Sequence record: NZ_CP020440.2
Strand: one strand, 5' to 3'
Source of the DNA: a plasmid
DNA: 64,000 nt
Shown: one piece after another, positions 18,022 to 27,917 of the stretch
Numbering within the stretch: position 1 is the stretch's first letter
How the letters are laid out: the number at the start of each line of letters is the position of its first letter
The notes under the pieces: model-generated
Seen by the model: the letters and a program-made list of their open reading frames with translations, nothing else
Told to the model about the DNA's origin: nothing
Database searches by the model: none
Position numbers and translations under genes: made by a program

Positions 18022-18930
18022 ATGGCAGGCAGGATCAGCGGGGCGATAGACCTGGGCGGCACCAAGATCGAGGCGCGGCTTTTCGACGCGGGCTTCGCCA
18101 CGCTCGACCGCCGTCGCCTGCCGACGCCCACCCAGGATTTCGGCGCCCTGATCGAGGCCGTCGCCGCCCAGGTCGCCTGGCTGGAGGGGCTGGGGGGCGC
18201 GGCGCTGCCCATCGGCATCTCGATCGCCGGGGTGATCGACCCCGACACCGGCCGCGCCACCGCCGCGAACCTGCCGGTCTCCGGGCGCGACCTTGGCCAT
18301 GCCTTGCGCGGGCGGCTGGGCCGCGATCTGCCCTTGATGAACGACTGCACAGCTTTTGCCTGGTCCGAGGCCCATGGCGGCGCGGGGCAGGGGGCGCGTT
18401 CGGTCCTGGGGCTGGTGCTGGGCACCGGGGTCGGGGCCGGCATGGTGCTGGACGGCCGGCCCATGCACCGCGCCTCGGGCCTTGCCGTCGAGATCGGACA
18501 TATGGGCGTGCCGGCCCGGGCGCTGGCGCGGCATGGGTTGCCACTGTGGGATTGCGGCTGCGGCCAGGCCGGATGCTATGAGAATTATGTCTCGGGACCC
18601 GGGCTGGCCCGCATCGCGGCCTGGGCCGGGATCGCGCAGACCGACCCCGCAGCGCTGGCCGGCGATCCGGCGGCCGCGCCGGCGCTGGCGATCTGGACCG
18701 ATCTGGCGGCCGAGATGCTGTACGACGCGCAGCTGATGCTGGACCCGCAGGTGATCGTCCTGGGTGGCGGGTTGTCGAACATGGCGGGCATTGCCGACCG
18801 TCTGGCCCAGGCGCTGGACGGGCGCCGGCTGGGCGGCGTGCGGGCGCCCGACCTGAGGCTGGCGCAGCATGGCGACAGTTCCGGCGCGCGCGGCGCGGCG
18901 CTGATGGCCTGCGGGGTGGGCCCGTGCTGA
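18022..18930 (+). CDS. nagK: ROK-family N-acetylglucosamine kinase
   Basis: Start at MAGRISGAIDLGGTKIEARL (ROK ATP-binding motif) and the Cys-rich ROK zinc motif (CGCGQAGCYENYVSG). The upstream 151 aa of the track ORF is an artefact. Confidence 0.7.
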   Translation: MAGRISGAIDLGGTKIEARLFDAGFATLDRRRLPTPTQDFGALIEAVAAQVAWLEGLGGAALPIGISIAGVIDPDTGRATAANLPVSGRDLGHALRGRLGRDLPLMNDCTAFAWSEAHGGAGQGARSVLGLVLGTGVGAGMVLDGRPMHRASGLAVEIGHMGVPARALARHGLPLWDCGCGQAGCYENYVSGPGLARIAAWAGIAQTDPAALAGDPAAAPALAIWTDLAAEMLYDAQLMLDPQVIVLGGGLSNMAGIADRLAQALDGRRLGGVRAPDLRLAQHGDSSGARGAALMACGVGPC

Positions 18931-20021
18931 TCGCGGCCGACCGGATCTGGCAGGAGGGCGCGCTGGTCCCGGGCCTGGCCGTGGAGACCGACGGCCGCCG
19001 CGTCCTGGCCCTGCGTCCGCTGGGCGCCGACCGGCCCGACCATCATGTGCCGCTGCTGGTGCCGGGCTGCACCGACCTGCAGGTGAACGGCGGCGGCGGT
19101 GTCCTGTTCAACGCCGACCCGACGCCCGAAGGGATCGCCGCCATTGCCGCCGCCCATCATCGGCTGGGGGTGGCGCAGATCCTGCCCACGGTCATCACCG
19201 ACGCGCCCGAGGTGCTGGAGGCCGCCGCCGATGCGGTGATCGCCTGCCGGGACGCGCCGGGCATCGCCGGCATCCATATCGAGGGGCCCCATATCGCCCC
19301 CGAGCGGCGCGGCACGCATGAGGCGCGCTTCATCCGCCCGCTGGATGCCCGCACGCTGGCCGTGCTGCGCCGGCTGCGCGCCGCCGGCGTGCCGGTGCTG
19401 CTGACGCTTGCGCCCGAGACCGCCGATCCGACCCTGCTGGCCGAGGCGAAGGCCCTGGGCGTGGTGCTCTCGGCCGGGCACAGCATGGCCGACGCCGCCC
19501 AGGCGCGCGCCGCGCTGGCGCAAGGCGTCACCATGGCCACCCATCTGTTCAACGCCATGCCGCAGATGACCGCCCGCGCGCCGGGGCTGATCGCCGCCGC
19601 GCTGCTGTCGGGCCTGTGGTGCGGGCTGATCGCGGACGGCATCCATGTCTCGGCCGAGATGCTGGCGATCGCGCTGCGGGTCGCGGGGGATCGCTGCTTT
19701 CTGGTCTCGGACGCGATGCCGACGGTCGGGGGGCCGGACCGCTTCAGCCTGTACGGGCGCGAGATCGCGGTCCGCGACGGCAGGCTGGTCAATGCCGAGG
19801 GCGCGCTGGCCGGCGCCCATCTGGACCTGCCGCAGGCCATGCGGCGCCTGGTCGCGCTGACCGGGGCCAGCCCTGGGACCGCCATCGCCATGGCGACCGA
19901 CCGGCCGCGCCGCGCGATGGGGCTGGCGCCGCTTGCTGTCGCGCCGGGGACCGCGCTGCGCGACCTGCTGGCGCTGGACCACGACTTGCACATGGTGCCG
20001 CTGCCGGGACGGGACGCATGA
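18924..20021 (+). CDS. nagA: N-acetylglucosamine-6-phosphate deacetylase
   Basis: 365 aa with amidohydrolase NagA motifs ([25 protein letters not shown]). GTG start overlapping the nagK end. The stop overlaps the next gene's ATG (ATGA). Confidence 0.8.
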   Translation: MLIAADRIWQEGALVPGLAVETDGRRVLALRPLGADRPDHHVPLLVPGCTDLQVNGGGGVLFNADPTPEGIAAIAAAHHRLGVAQILPTVITDAPEVLEAAADAVIACRDAPGIAGIHIEGPHIAPERRGTHEARFIRPLDARTLAVLRRLRAAGVPVLLTLAPETADPTLLAEAKALGVVLSAGHSMADAAQARAALAQGVTMATHLFNAMPQMTARAPGLIAAALLSGLWCGLIADGIHVSAEMLAIALRVAGDRCFLVSDAMPTVGGPDRFSLYGREIAVRDGRLVNAEGALAGAHLDLPQAMRRLVALTGASPGTAIAMATDRPRRAMGLAPLAVAPGTALRDLLALDHDLHMVPLPGRDA

Positions 20022-21022
20022 TCCCGGTCTTTGTCGTCACCGGCTTTCTGAGGGCGGGCAAGACCACGCTGGTCAACCGCCTTCTGGCCGCCCATCCCGA
20101 TACGGCCCTCATCATCAATGAATTCGGCGCGGTCGCGGTCGATCACCATCTGGTCCGGCAGGGCCGCGAACGGGTGCTGACCAGCACCGGCTGTATCTGC
20201 TGCACGGCGGGCAGCGACCTGCGCAGCACGCTGGACGAGTTGCTGCGCGGCCGCCGCGACGGCAGCCTGCCCGGCTATGCCCGGGTGCTGGTGGAAACCA
20301 CGGGTCTGGCCGATCCGGCCCCCATCGTGAACAGCCTGATCCCGGGCGGCCTGCCGGCTGTGGCGCTGCGCGACCATGCGGTGGCGCGGGCGTTCCGGCT
20401 GTCCTCGGTCATCACCGTGGCGGATGCGCAGGGGATTGCGGCGCTGGTCGCGCGCCACGCGCAGGCGCTGCGCCAGGTGGCCTTTGCCGACCATCTGGTG
20501 CTGAGCCACACCGACCTTGGCCCGCCGGGCGATCTGTCGGCGCTCACGGCGATCAACCCCGGCCTGCGGGTCCATGACGCGGGCGATCCCGCCTTCGACC
20601 CGGGCCTGCTGCTGGCCCCCGGCAGCTATGACGCGGCGGGGAAGGGCGCGGCGCTGGCGGGCTGGCTGGCCGAGGCGAAGGGCGCCTCCGGTCCGCGGCA
20701 TGGCGGCATCGCCGCCCATACGCTGGCGGCGGATGCGCTCCTGGATCGGGCGCGGCTGATGGATTTCCTGGCAGGCCTTGTCGCGGGCGGGCAGGTGCTG
20801 CGCGCCAAGGGGCTGGTCGCGGTCGCCGATGATCCGGGCCGCCCGCTGGTCGTCCATGCCGTGGGCCACCGGCTTTATCCCCCCGTCATGGCCGAGGCCT
20901 GGCCCGAGGGCCCGGCCGGCTCGCGGCTGGTCGTCATCGGCGAGGGGCTGGACGGCGCGCTGCTGCAGCGGCGCTTTGCCGCGCTGGCGGGGCCGGCGCG
21001 CCTGCCGGGGCTTGGCGGCTGA
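20018..21022 (+). CDS. CobW/COG0523-family GTPase (putative zinc metallochaperone)
   Basis: Start at [18 protein letters not shown] (Walker A) with the CxCC metal motif (GCICCTAG), about 334 aa. The upstream 134 aa of the track ORF is out-of-frame overlap with nagA. Confidence 0.7.
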   Translation: MIPVFVVTGFLRAGKTTLVNRLLAAHPDTALIINEFGAVAVDHHLVRQGRERVLTSTGCICCTAGSDLRSTLDELLRGRRDGSLPGYARVLVETTGLADPAPIVNSLIPGGLPAVALRDHAVARAFRLSSVITVADAQGIAALVARHAQALRQVAFADHLVLSHTDLGPPGDLSALTAINPGLRVHDAGDPAFDPGLLLAPGSYDAAGKGAALAGWLAEAKGASGPRHGGIAAHTLAADALLDRARLMDFLAGLVAGGQVLRAKGLVAVADDPGRPLVVHAVGHRLYPPVMAEAWPEGPAGSRLVVIGEGLDGALLQRRFAALAGPARLPGLGG

Positions 21023-21098
21023 GCGTCGATTCCGGGGGTTCCGGCCGGGCTGCGCTTTGGCTAGGCTGGCCGCAACCAAGAACACACAAGGGGCAGTC

Positions 21099-22382
21099 AT
21101 GCGCATTTCATTCAGGCATTCGGTCGGCTTTGCGGCGGTGGCGTTGATGCTCGCCTCGTGCGGGGTGGGGAACTATGGTCCCGGTCCGCGCGGCGTGGCC
21201 CCGCAAAGCCAGGAGATCAAATGGGGCCGCAACCAGAACCCGCCCCCCGCCAAGGTCGTGGGGCTGAACGCCTGGGTCGCGAATTTCAAGGGTCAGGCGC
21301 GGGGGCAGGGGATCAGCGACCAGACGCTGGAATTCGCCTTCCGCGACGTGGTCTACAACCCCGAGGTGGTGAAGCGCAGCCAGAACCAGGCCGAGTTCAA
21401 GAAATCCCTGTGGGAGTATCTGGAAAACGCCGTGTCGGAAAAGCGGCAGACCAACGGGCGCGCAGCGCTGGGGCAATACGGCGGCGTGCTGAACGCGGTC
21501 GAGGCGCGCTACGGCGTCGACAAGGAGGTCGTCACCGCCGTCTGGGGCATGGAATCGACCTATGGCGAACGCCGCGGCGACCTGCCGCTGATCGAGGCGC
21601 TGTCCACCCTGTCCTATGAGGGGTATCGCGGCGACTTCTTCCGCAGCCAACTGATCGCCGCGCTGAAGATCCTGCAGGCGGGCGACATCGACCCCGCGCA
21701 TATGACCGGCAGCTGGGCGGGCGCGATGGGGCACACCCAGTTCATCCCGACCACCTATCTGGCCTATGCCGCCGATTTCAACGGCGACGGGCGGCGCGAC
21801 ATCTGGTCGAACGACCCGAGCGATTCCCTGGCCTCGACGGCGAACTACCTGGCGAAATCGGGCTGGCAGCGCGGCCTGCCGGCGGCGGTCGAGGTGGCGC
21901 TGCCCGCAGGCTTCGACATGGGGCTGGCGGGCAAGGGCAAGCGCCGCTCGGTCGCGGAGTGGCAGTCGCTGGGCATCCGGCAGGCCAGTTCCCGGCCGCT
22001 GCCGCCGGCGGGGGCCTCGGCGGAACTCCTGGTGCCGGGCGGGCGCGACGGGGCGGCCTTCCTGATCACGCGCAACTTCCATGCCATCCTGCGCTATAAC
22101 AACGCCGACAGCTATGCGCTGGCGGTGGCGCATCTGGCCGACCGGCTGAAAGGCTATCCGGGGCTGACCAACCCCTGGCCCGCCAGCCACCCCGGCCTGC
22201 GCATCGAGAGCCGCAAGGAGATGCAGGAGCTGCTGACCGCGCGCGGCTTCGACACGCAGGGGGTGGACGGCAACGTCGGCTCGAACACCACGAACGCGAT
22301 CCGGGCCTATCAGCAGTCGCGCGGCCTGCCCGTGACCGGAGAGCCGAGCGCCGAGCTGCTGGCCCAGCTGCGCCGGGGCTAG
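21099..22382 (+). CDS. lytic murein transglycosylase (MltB/Slt-family) lipoprotein with a C-terminal peptidoglycan-binding domain
   Basis: Start at MRISFRHSVGFAAVALMLASCG (lipobox). Core similar to MltB (VWGMESTYG, QFIPTTY), with C-terminal PG_binding_1-like repeats (GVDGNVGSNTTNAIRAYQQSRGLPVTG). Confidence 0.75.
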   Translation: MRISFRHSVGFAAVALMLASCGVGNYGPGPRGVAPQSQEIKWGRNQNPPPAKVVGLNAWVANFKGQARGQGISDQTLEFAFRDVVYNPEVVKRSQNQAEFKKSLWEYLENAVSEKRQTNGRAALGQYGGVLNAVEARYGVDKEVVTAVWGMESTYGERRGDLPLIEALSTLSYEGYRGDFFRSQLIAALKILQAGDIDPAHMTGSWAGAMGHTQFIPTTYLAYAADFNGDGRRDIWSNDPSDSLASTANYLAKSGWQRGLPAAVEVALPAGFDMGLAGKGKRRSVAEWQSLGIRQASSRPLPPAGASAELLVPGGRDGAAFLITRNFHAILRYNNADSYALAVAHLADRLKGYPGLTNPWPASHPGLRIESRKEMQELLTARGFDTQGVDGNVGSNTTNAIRAYQQSRGLPVTGEPSAELLAQLRRG

Positions 22383-22401
22383 GGCAGGGGGGTCGGGCGG
22401 C

Positions 22402-22797
22402 CTAGCCGCCCAGCACCGCCCGGGCTGCGCCGTTCTCGTCCAGGGCGACGAAGGTGAAGGTGGCCTCGGTCACCTGCTGGCTGTCGTCGCGGTGGCGTTC
22501 GCGGCGCCATGCCTCGACATGGATGCGCATCGAGGTGCGGCCGATGTGGACGATCTCGGCGTACAGCGAGACCTCGTCCCCGACCTTGACGGGGCGGTGG
22601 AACTTCATTCCCTCGACCGCGATGGTGGCGCTGCGGCCGCGCGCGGTCAGCGCCGCGACCGAACCGGCGGCCAGGTCCATCTGGCTCATCAGCCAGCCGC
22701 CGAAGATGTCGCCCGCCGGATTGGTGTCGGCGGGCATGGCGATGGTGCGGATGGTGGGGCTGCCGGGCGGCTGGATGTCGCTGTCGGTCAGGGGCAT
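22402..22797 (-). CDS. acyl-CoA thioesterase, hotdog fold (YciA-like)
   Basis: 131 aa from MPLTDSDIQPPGSP...NPAGDIFGGWLMSQMDLAAG...FHRPVKVGDEV. Only the C-terminal 131 aa of the 644 aa track ORF is real. Confidence 0.7.
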   Translation of the reverse strand: MPLTDSDIQPPGSPTIRTIAMPADTNPAGDIFGGWLMSQMDLAAGSVAALTARGRSATIAVEGMKFHRPVKVGDEVSLYAEIVHIGRTSMRIHVEAWRRERHRDDSQQVTEATFTFVALDENGAARAVLGG

Positions 22798-22865
22798 GGT
22801 GTCTCCTTGCGGGCGGGGGCTGGCAGGTCTTGCTAGCCGATCCGCCCACCCGGGGGAAAGCCCGT

Positions 22866-24254
22866 TCAGGCGTTCTGCAGGCTGCCTTCGTCCTCGCTGG
22901 CCATGACCGCGCGGTCGGTCTGGCCCAGCAGTTGCGAGGTGATGGTGCCCGCCGTCATCGAGCCGTTGACGTTCAGCGCGGTGCGGCCCATGTCGATCAG
23001 CGGCTCGACCGAGATCAGCAGCGCGACCAGCGTGACCGGCAGGCCCATGGCCGGCAGCACGATCAGCGCGGCCATGGTGGCGCCGCCGCCGACCCCCGCG
23101 ACCCCCGCCGAGGAGAGCGTGACGATGGCGATCAGGCTGACGATCCAGCCCGGGTCCAGCGGGTTGATGCCGACGGTCGGCGCGACCATGACGGCCAGCA
23201 TCGCCGGGTAAAGCCCGGCGCAGCCGTTCTGGCCGATGGTGGCGCCGAAGCTGGCGGCAAAGCTGGCGATGGTCGGCGGCACGCCTAGGCGGCGGGTCTG
23301 GATTTCCACGTTCAGGGGGATGGTGGCGGCGCTGGACCGGCTGGAGAAGGCGAAGCTGAGCGCGGGCAGCACCTTGCGGAAGAAGGCCAGCGGGTTCACC
23401 CCGGTCGCCGCCAGCAGCAGCGCATGCACCCCGAACATGATCGCGAGCCCCAGATAGGACGCCAGGACGAACTTGCCGAGGTTCAGGATGTCGGCGGCGT
23501 TCGAGGTGGCGGCCATCTTGGTCATCAGCGCCATGACGCCGAAGGGCGTCAGCGTCATGATGAGCCGCACGAGCTGGGCGATCCAGGACTGCATCAGGTC
23601 GATGAAGGCGATCAGGCGCCCGCCCTTGTCCGGGTCGCGCCGGACCAGCCGGATCGCCGCGACGCCCAGGAAGCCCGCGAAGATCACCACCGAGATGATC
23701 GAGGTCGGGTTCGCGCCGGTCAGATCGGCGAAGGGGTTCTTGGGGATGAAGGACAGGATCAGCTGCGGCAGGGTCAGGTCGGCGACCTTGGGCGCATAGG
23801 TCGATTGCAGCGTCGACAGCCGGGCGGTTTCCTGCGCGCCCTGGGCCAGCCCCTCGGCGGTCAGGCCGAAGGCCAGCGACATCGCGACGCCGACGAAGGC
23901 CGCGATGGCGGTCGTCCCCAGCAGCGTCCCCAGCGTGAGCGCCGAGATGCGCCCCAGCGAGGACGCGTCGTGCAGCTTGCTGACCGCGTTCAGGATGGCG
24001 ACGAAGACCAGCGGCATGACGATCATCTGCAACAGCTGCACATAGCCGTTGCCGACGATGTTGATCCAGCTGATCGTGGTGGCCAGCGTCGGATTCGCGG
24101 CGCCATAGACCAGTTGCAGGCCGATGCCGAACAGGGTGCCCAGCACCAGGCCCACGAAGACCCGGGCGGACAGCGAAAGCGTGCCGGACTGCAATCGGGC
24201 GAGGCCGAACAGCAGGGCAGCGAACAGAACAAGGTTGATGAACACGGGCGCCAT
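22866..24254 (-). CDS. dicarboxylate/amino acid:cation symporter family transporter (L-cystine TcyP/YdjN-like)
   Basis: 462 aa polytopic membrane protein with DAACS-family features. Confidence 0.7.
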   Translation of the reverse strand: MAPVFINLVLFAALLFGLARLQSGTLSLSARVFVGLVLGTLFGIGLQLVYGAANPTLATTISWINIVGNGYVQLLQMIVMPLVFVAILNAVSKLHDASSLGRISALTLGTLLGTTAIAAFVGVAMSLAFGLTAEGLAQGAQETARLSTLQSTYAPKVADLTLPQLILSFIPKNPFADLTGANPTSIISVVIFAGFLGVAAIRLVRRDPDKGGRLIAFIDLMQSWIAQLVRLIMTLTPFGVMALMTKMAATSNAADILNLGKFVLASYLGLAIMFGVHALLLAATGVNPLAFFRKVLPALSFAFSSRSSAATIPLNVEIQTRRLGVPPTIASFAASFGATIGQNGCAGLYPAMLAVMVAPTVGINPLDPGWIVSLIAIVTLSSAGVAGVGGGATMAALIVLPAMGLPVTLVALLISVEPLIDMGRTALNVNGSMTAGTITSQLLGQTDRAVMASEDEGSLQNA

Positions 24255-24400
24255 GGTGCGTCTCCGGCTTATTGTATGGGGTCCTTATGCTAGTCACCGC
24301 CGCGCCGCAGGGTAAGGTCGCCGCGAAAATAAGCACGAACCCGGTCGCTTAGCGCCGGGGGACGTGAAAAAGTTCCACCCAGGCGGGAAAGCGTGGAACG

Positions 24401-24817
24401 CTATCCGGCCCCTTGCGCGAAGGGATCGACCAGCCGGCAGCCGGTCGGCCGGAAATCGGCGGTGTTGCCGGTGACCACGGCCGCGTCATGCGCAAGCGCG
24501 GTCGCCGCGATCAGCAGGTCGGCCCCGGCGTGGCCCAGCCGGGCGGAAAGCTGGCCCCAGAGCAGCGCCTCGGCCGCGCTGAAGGGCAGCAGGCGGTCGG
24601 AAAACAGCGTGACGGTGCGCGTCAGCCAATCGCGCAGGTCGCGGGCAAAGGGCGGGTTCTGCGATTCCTGGCGGACGATGCCGCGCTCGATCTCGCCCAA
24701 GGTGACGACGGAGAGATAGAGCGCGGTGTCGTCCTGCCGGGCCAGCCAGGCGGCGACCGCCGGGCTGCGTTCGGGGCGGCGCAGCGCCGACAGGACATTG
24801 GTATCCAGGATCAGCAT
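24401..24817 (-). CDS. PIN-domain toxin (VapC/FitB-like) of a type II toxin-antitoxin pair
   Basis: 138 aa. MLILDTNVLS (PIN acidic residue D6), later conserved acidic residues, and ...TGNTADF. Its start abuts the antitoxin stop. Confidence 0.75.
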   Translation of the reverse strand: MLILDTNVLSALRRPERSPAVAAWLARQDDTALYLSVVTLGEIERGIVRQESQNPPFARDLRDWLTRTVTLFSDRLLPFSAAEALLWGQLSARLGHAGADLLIAATALAHDAAVVTGNTADFRPTGCRLVDPFAQGAG

Positions 24818-25072
24818 TCAGAAGCTGACGTCGCGCGGGGCCACCCAGGCGCGCCCGGAATCGGGGCTCAGGTCGGGGCCCGGAAAGCTGAGGAGGTGGG
24901 CGGCGAAGGAGCCGCGGTTTTCCTGCGTCGCGGCCAGCATCCGGGCGTAGTCCGCGGCGGCCAGCACCACGACGGCGGGCTTGCCGCGCCGCGTCACCTG
25001 CTGCGGCTGGCCGGCAAGCGCCGCATCGACCACGGCCGAAAAGCGGTTCTTGGCATCCTGAAGCGTCCACAT
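24818..25072 (-). CDS. Phd/YefM-family antitoxin
   Basis: 84 aa. The N-terminus (MWTLQDAKNRFSAVVDAALAGQPQQVTRRGKPAVVVLAAADY) matches the Phd/YefM fold. Immediately upstream of the PIN toxin with no gap. Confidence 0.65.
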   Translation of the reverse strand: MWTLQDAKNRFSAVVDAALAGQPQQVTRRGKPAVVVLAAADYARMLAATQENRGSFAAHLLSFPGPDLSPDSGRAWVAPRDVSF

Positions 25073-25081
25073 GGCGGTTTC

Positions 25082-25105
25082 CTATCTAGCTCTCTGGCTA
25101 GATAG
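25082..25105. promoter_or_regulatory. inverted repeat CTATCTAGC-N6-GCTAGATAG 10-33 bp upstream of the antitoxin start; a candidate autoregulatory operator of the toxin-antitoxin operon
   Basis: Perfect 9 bp arms seen directly in the sequence (cctatctagctctctggctagatagatagc). Confidence 0.45.
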
Positions 25106-25185
25106 ATAGCGCAGGATGGGGCAGGTTTCAAGAAAAACGCCCGGGCTGGGGCGGCCCGGGCGTGCTTACAGGGACTGGGACGGGG

Positions 25186-26493
25186 TCAGCTGCGCCCGAA
25201 TTCGATCCGGCGGGCGAAGCGCAGCGCCAGAACGGTGCAGACCGCGCCCGACAGCAGGTAAAGCCCCGCCGCTGGCAGGCCCAGCCAGGACGACAGCGCC
25301 AGCGCCGCCAGAGGTGCGAAGCCCGCGCCGAAGAGCCACGCCAGGTCCGACACCACCGCCGAGTCGGTGTAGCGCCGCGCCGGGTCGAAGAGCGATGCGA
25401 CCGCGCCCGAGCTTTGGCCGAAGCTGACGCCCAGCACGATGAAGCCGACGGTCATGTAGACGGCCTCGCCCAGCTTGTCGCCCGACAAGAGAAGCGGCGC
25501 GACCAGGCTGAAGATGGCGATGGCGATGGCGCCGCGATAAAGCAGCTTGCGGTGCCCGATGCGGTCGGCCAGCAGCCCCGAGGCCGCGATGGCGAGAAAG
25601 CCCCAGCCGGCGGCGATGGCCTGGATCACCAGGAAGCCGGCGGGGTTTTCGCTGGTGTAGAGATAGACCCAGGACAGCGGGAACACCGTGACCATGTGGA
25701 ACAGCGCAAAGCTGGCCAGCGGCACGAAGGCGCCGATCAGGATCATGCGGCCGTCCTGGCGGAAGGCGGCGCGAAAGCTCGACGGGTTCAGGTGGCGCGT
25801 CTCGAACGCCTCGGTGTATTCCGGGGTCACCACGATGCGCAGGCGCGCGAACAGCGCCACGACGTTGATCGCGAAGGCCACGAAGAAGGGATAGCGCCAG
25901 CCCCAGTCCAGGAAATCGGCCTGCGACATGTTGCTGAGCAGATAGGCGAACAGCAGGCTGGCGACGGCCAGGCCGACCGGCGCGCCAAGCTGCGGCATCA
26001 TGGTGTAAAGGCCGCGCCGCCCCTTGGGCGCGTTCATGTTCAGCAGCGACGGCAACCCGTCCCAGGCCCCGCCAAGCGCGAAGCCCTGACCGATTCGCAG
26101 CAGGCACAGCAGCCAGATCGAGGCCGCGCCGATGTTTTCATAGGACGGGATCAGGCCCATGCCGACGGTCGAGGTGCCCAGGATCAGCAGCGCCAGCGTC
26201 AGCTTGGCGCTTTTGCCGTGGCGCCGGTCGATGACGGTGAAGAACGCCGTGCCCAGCGGCCGCGCCAGGAACGCCAGCGCAAAGACGGTGAACGACCACA
26301 GCGTCGCAGTCAGCGGATCGGCAAAGGAAAAATACCGCGCCGGGAACACGATGACCGAGGCGATGGCGAAGACGAAGAAGTCGAAGAATTCGGACGACCG
26401 GCCGATGACGACGCCCACTGCGATGTCGGAAGGCGAGACGTGGATGTCCTTCGCCTCATCGGGAAGCGTGGAAGGGGTGTGCGCTGCGCTCAT
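25186..26493 (-). CDS. MFS transporter, metabolite:H+ symporter family
   Basis: Start at MSAAHTPS, residue 33 of the track ORF. Twelve predicted TM segments and MFS motifs (GxLxDRxGRK-like IDRRHGKS). Confidence 0.7.
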   Translation of the reverse strand: MSAAHTPSTLPDEAKDIHVSPSDIAVGVVIGRSSEFFDFFVFAIASVIVFPARYFSFADPLTATLWSFTVFALAFLARPLGTAFFTVIDRRHGKSAKLTLALLILGTSTVGMGLIPSYENIGAASIWLLCLLRIGQGFALGGAWDGLPSLLNMNAPKGRRGLYTMMPQLGAPVGLAVASLLFAYLLSNMSQADFLDWGWRYPFFVAFAINVVALFARLRIVVTPEYTEAFETRHLNPSSFRAAFRQDGRMILIGAFVPLASFALFHMVTVFPLSWVYLYTSENPAGFLVIQAIAAGWGFLAIAASGLLADRIGHRKLLYRGAIAIAIFSLVAPLLLSGDKLGEAVYMTVGFIVLGVSFGQSSGAVASLFDPARRYTDSAVVSDLAWLFGAGFAPLAALALSSWLGLPAAGLYLLSGAVCTVLALRFARRIEFGRS

Positions 26494-26699
26494 GTCTAGC
26501 TGACCTCTTGGGGGCACCCGGGCCGAGGAGGGGAGGCTTTGGGGGCAATAGAAGGCCGAGAGCATCCTTTGGTCAACCGCCAGATTCAAGGTGTGCAGGG
26601 TGTGGCAAATTGTCCTATGTCTGGTTCCGGGCCCAGCCTTTAGGGGGTGGGGCTTAACCGACTCATCCTCATGCTCCCCCCTTGGTGAGGTCAGGCTTC

Positions 26700-27905
26700 A
26701 TGCACATACCCTTTCGCCTGGCGCGCCTTGCCGCGCTTGCCCCGATCGTTCTTGGCCTCGCCGCCTGCAAGATGGAGGTCCTGTCGCCCTCGGGCGATGT
26801 CGCCGAGCGGCAACGCGACCTGCTGGTGCAGTCCACCTGGCTGATGCTGCTGATCATCATTCCCGTGATGGCGCTGACCATCTGGTTCGCCTGGCGCTAT
26901 CGCGCCTCGAACCGCGATGCGACCTATGCGCCCGACTGGGACCACTCGGCCAAGTTCGAGCTGGTGATCTGGGCGGCGCCGCTGCTGATCATCATCTGCC
27001 TGGGCGCGCTGACCTGGGTCGGCACCCACCTGCTGGACCCCTATCGCCGGCTGGACCGGCTGTCGGTCGAGCAGCCCGTGCCCGACGAGGACCCGTTCCG
27101 GGTCCAGGTCGTCGCGCTGGACTGGAAATGGCTGTTCATCTATCCCGAGCAGGGCGTCGCCTCGATCAACGAGCTGGCGGTGCCGACCGACCGCGAGATC
27201 GAGTTCACGCTGACCTCCTCGACGGTGATGAACGCCTTCTACATCCCGGCGATGGCGGGCATGATCTATGCCATGCCGGGGATGCAGACCACGCTGCACG
27301 GGGTCTTCAACAACCCGGGCGAATACCAGGGTCTGGCCTCGCATTACTCGGGACACGGTTTTTCGGGGATGCGGTTCAAGACCCATGCGACGGACCAGGC
27401 GGGCTTCGACGCCTGGGTGGACGAGGCGCGCGCCGCGGGCGGGCTGCTCGACCGCGCGAAATACCTGGAGCTGGAAGCGCCGACCGAGAACGTCAAGCCG
27501 CAGACCTTCGCCGACGTGGACCCCGAACTGTTCGACCGCGTGGTCAACATGTGCGTCGAGCAGGGCAAGATCTGCATGGCCGAGATGATGGCGCTGGACG
27601 CGCAGGGCGGCACCGGGCTTGCCGGCACGATCAACACCGCGCAGCTGACCCATGACAAGGACCTGCGCCGCGGCATTCCGCGCCCGGTGCTGGGGCCCAC
27701 CCCCTTCATGGTCACCGGCTTCTGCACGCCCGAGGATTCGGCCAAGATGTTCGCCGACCTGCGCAAGACCGATCCGCAGACCCGCATCGACCAATCGCCC
27801 ATGCGCGGCGTGGCGTTGCCCCGCCCTGAAAACCGCCTTGGCATCGACATGCCTCGGAGCATCCAGGACGCACGGCGAGACAACGCCGTCGAAACCCAAC
27901 TCTGA
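26700..27905 (+). CDS. cyoA: cytochrome o/ba3-type ubiquinol oxidase subunit II
   Basis: Start at MHIPFRLARLAALAPIVLGLAAC (lipoprotein-like signal peptide). Two TM segments, a cupredoxin-like domain without the CuA ligands as in quinol oxidases, and a long C-terminal extension. Confidence 0.8.
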   Translation: MHIPFRLARLAALAPIVLGLAACKMEVLSPSGDVAERQRDLLVQSTWLMLLIIIPVMALTIWFAWRYRASNRDATYAPDWDHSAKFELVIWAAPLLIIICLGALTWVGTHLLDPYRRLDRLSVEQPVPDEDPFRVQVVALDWKWLFIYPEQGVASINELAVPTDREIEFTLTSSTVMNAFYIPAMAGMIYAMPGMQTTLHGVFNNPGEYQGLASHYSGHGFSGMRFKTHATDQAGFDAWVDEARAAGGLLDRAKYLELEAPTENVKPQTFADVDPELFDRVVNMCVEQGKICMAEMMALDAQGGTGLAGTINTAQLTHDKDLRRGIPRPVLGPTPFMVTGFCTPEDSAKMFADLRKTDPQTRIDQSPMRGVALPRPENRLGIDMPRSIQDARRDNAVETQL

Positions 27906-27917
27906 CCGGAGTCCCAG

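Noticed and set aside
24369-24395. TTCCAC-N14-GTGGAA inverted repeat downstream of the PIN toxin gene, considered as a terminator
   Set aside because: The 6 to 7 bp stem with a 14 nt loop and no T-tract is marginal. It could equally be a promoter element of the divergent transporter gene.
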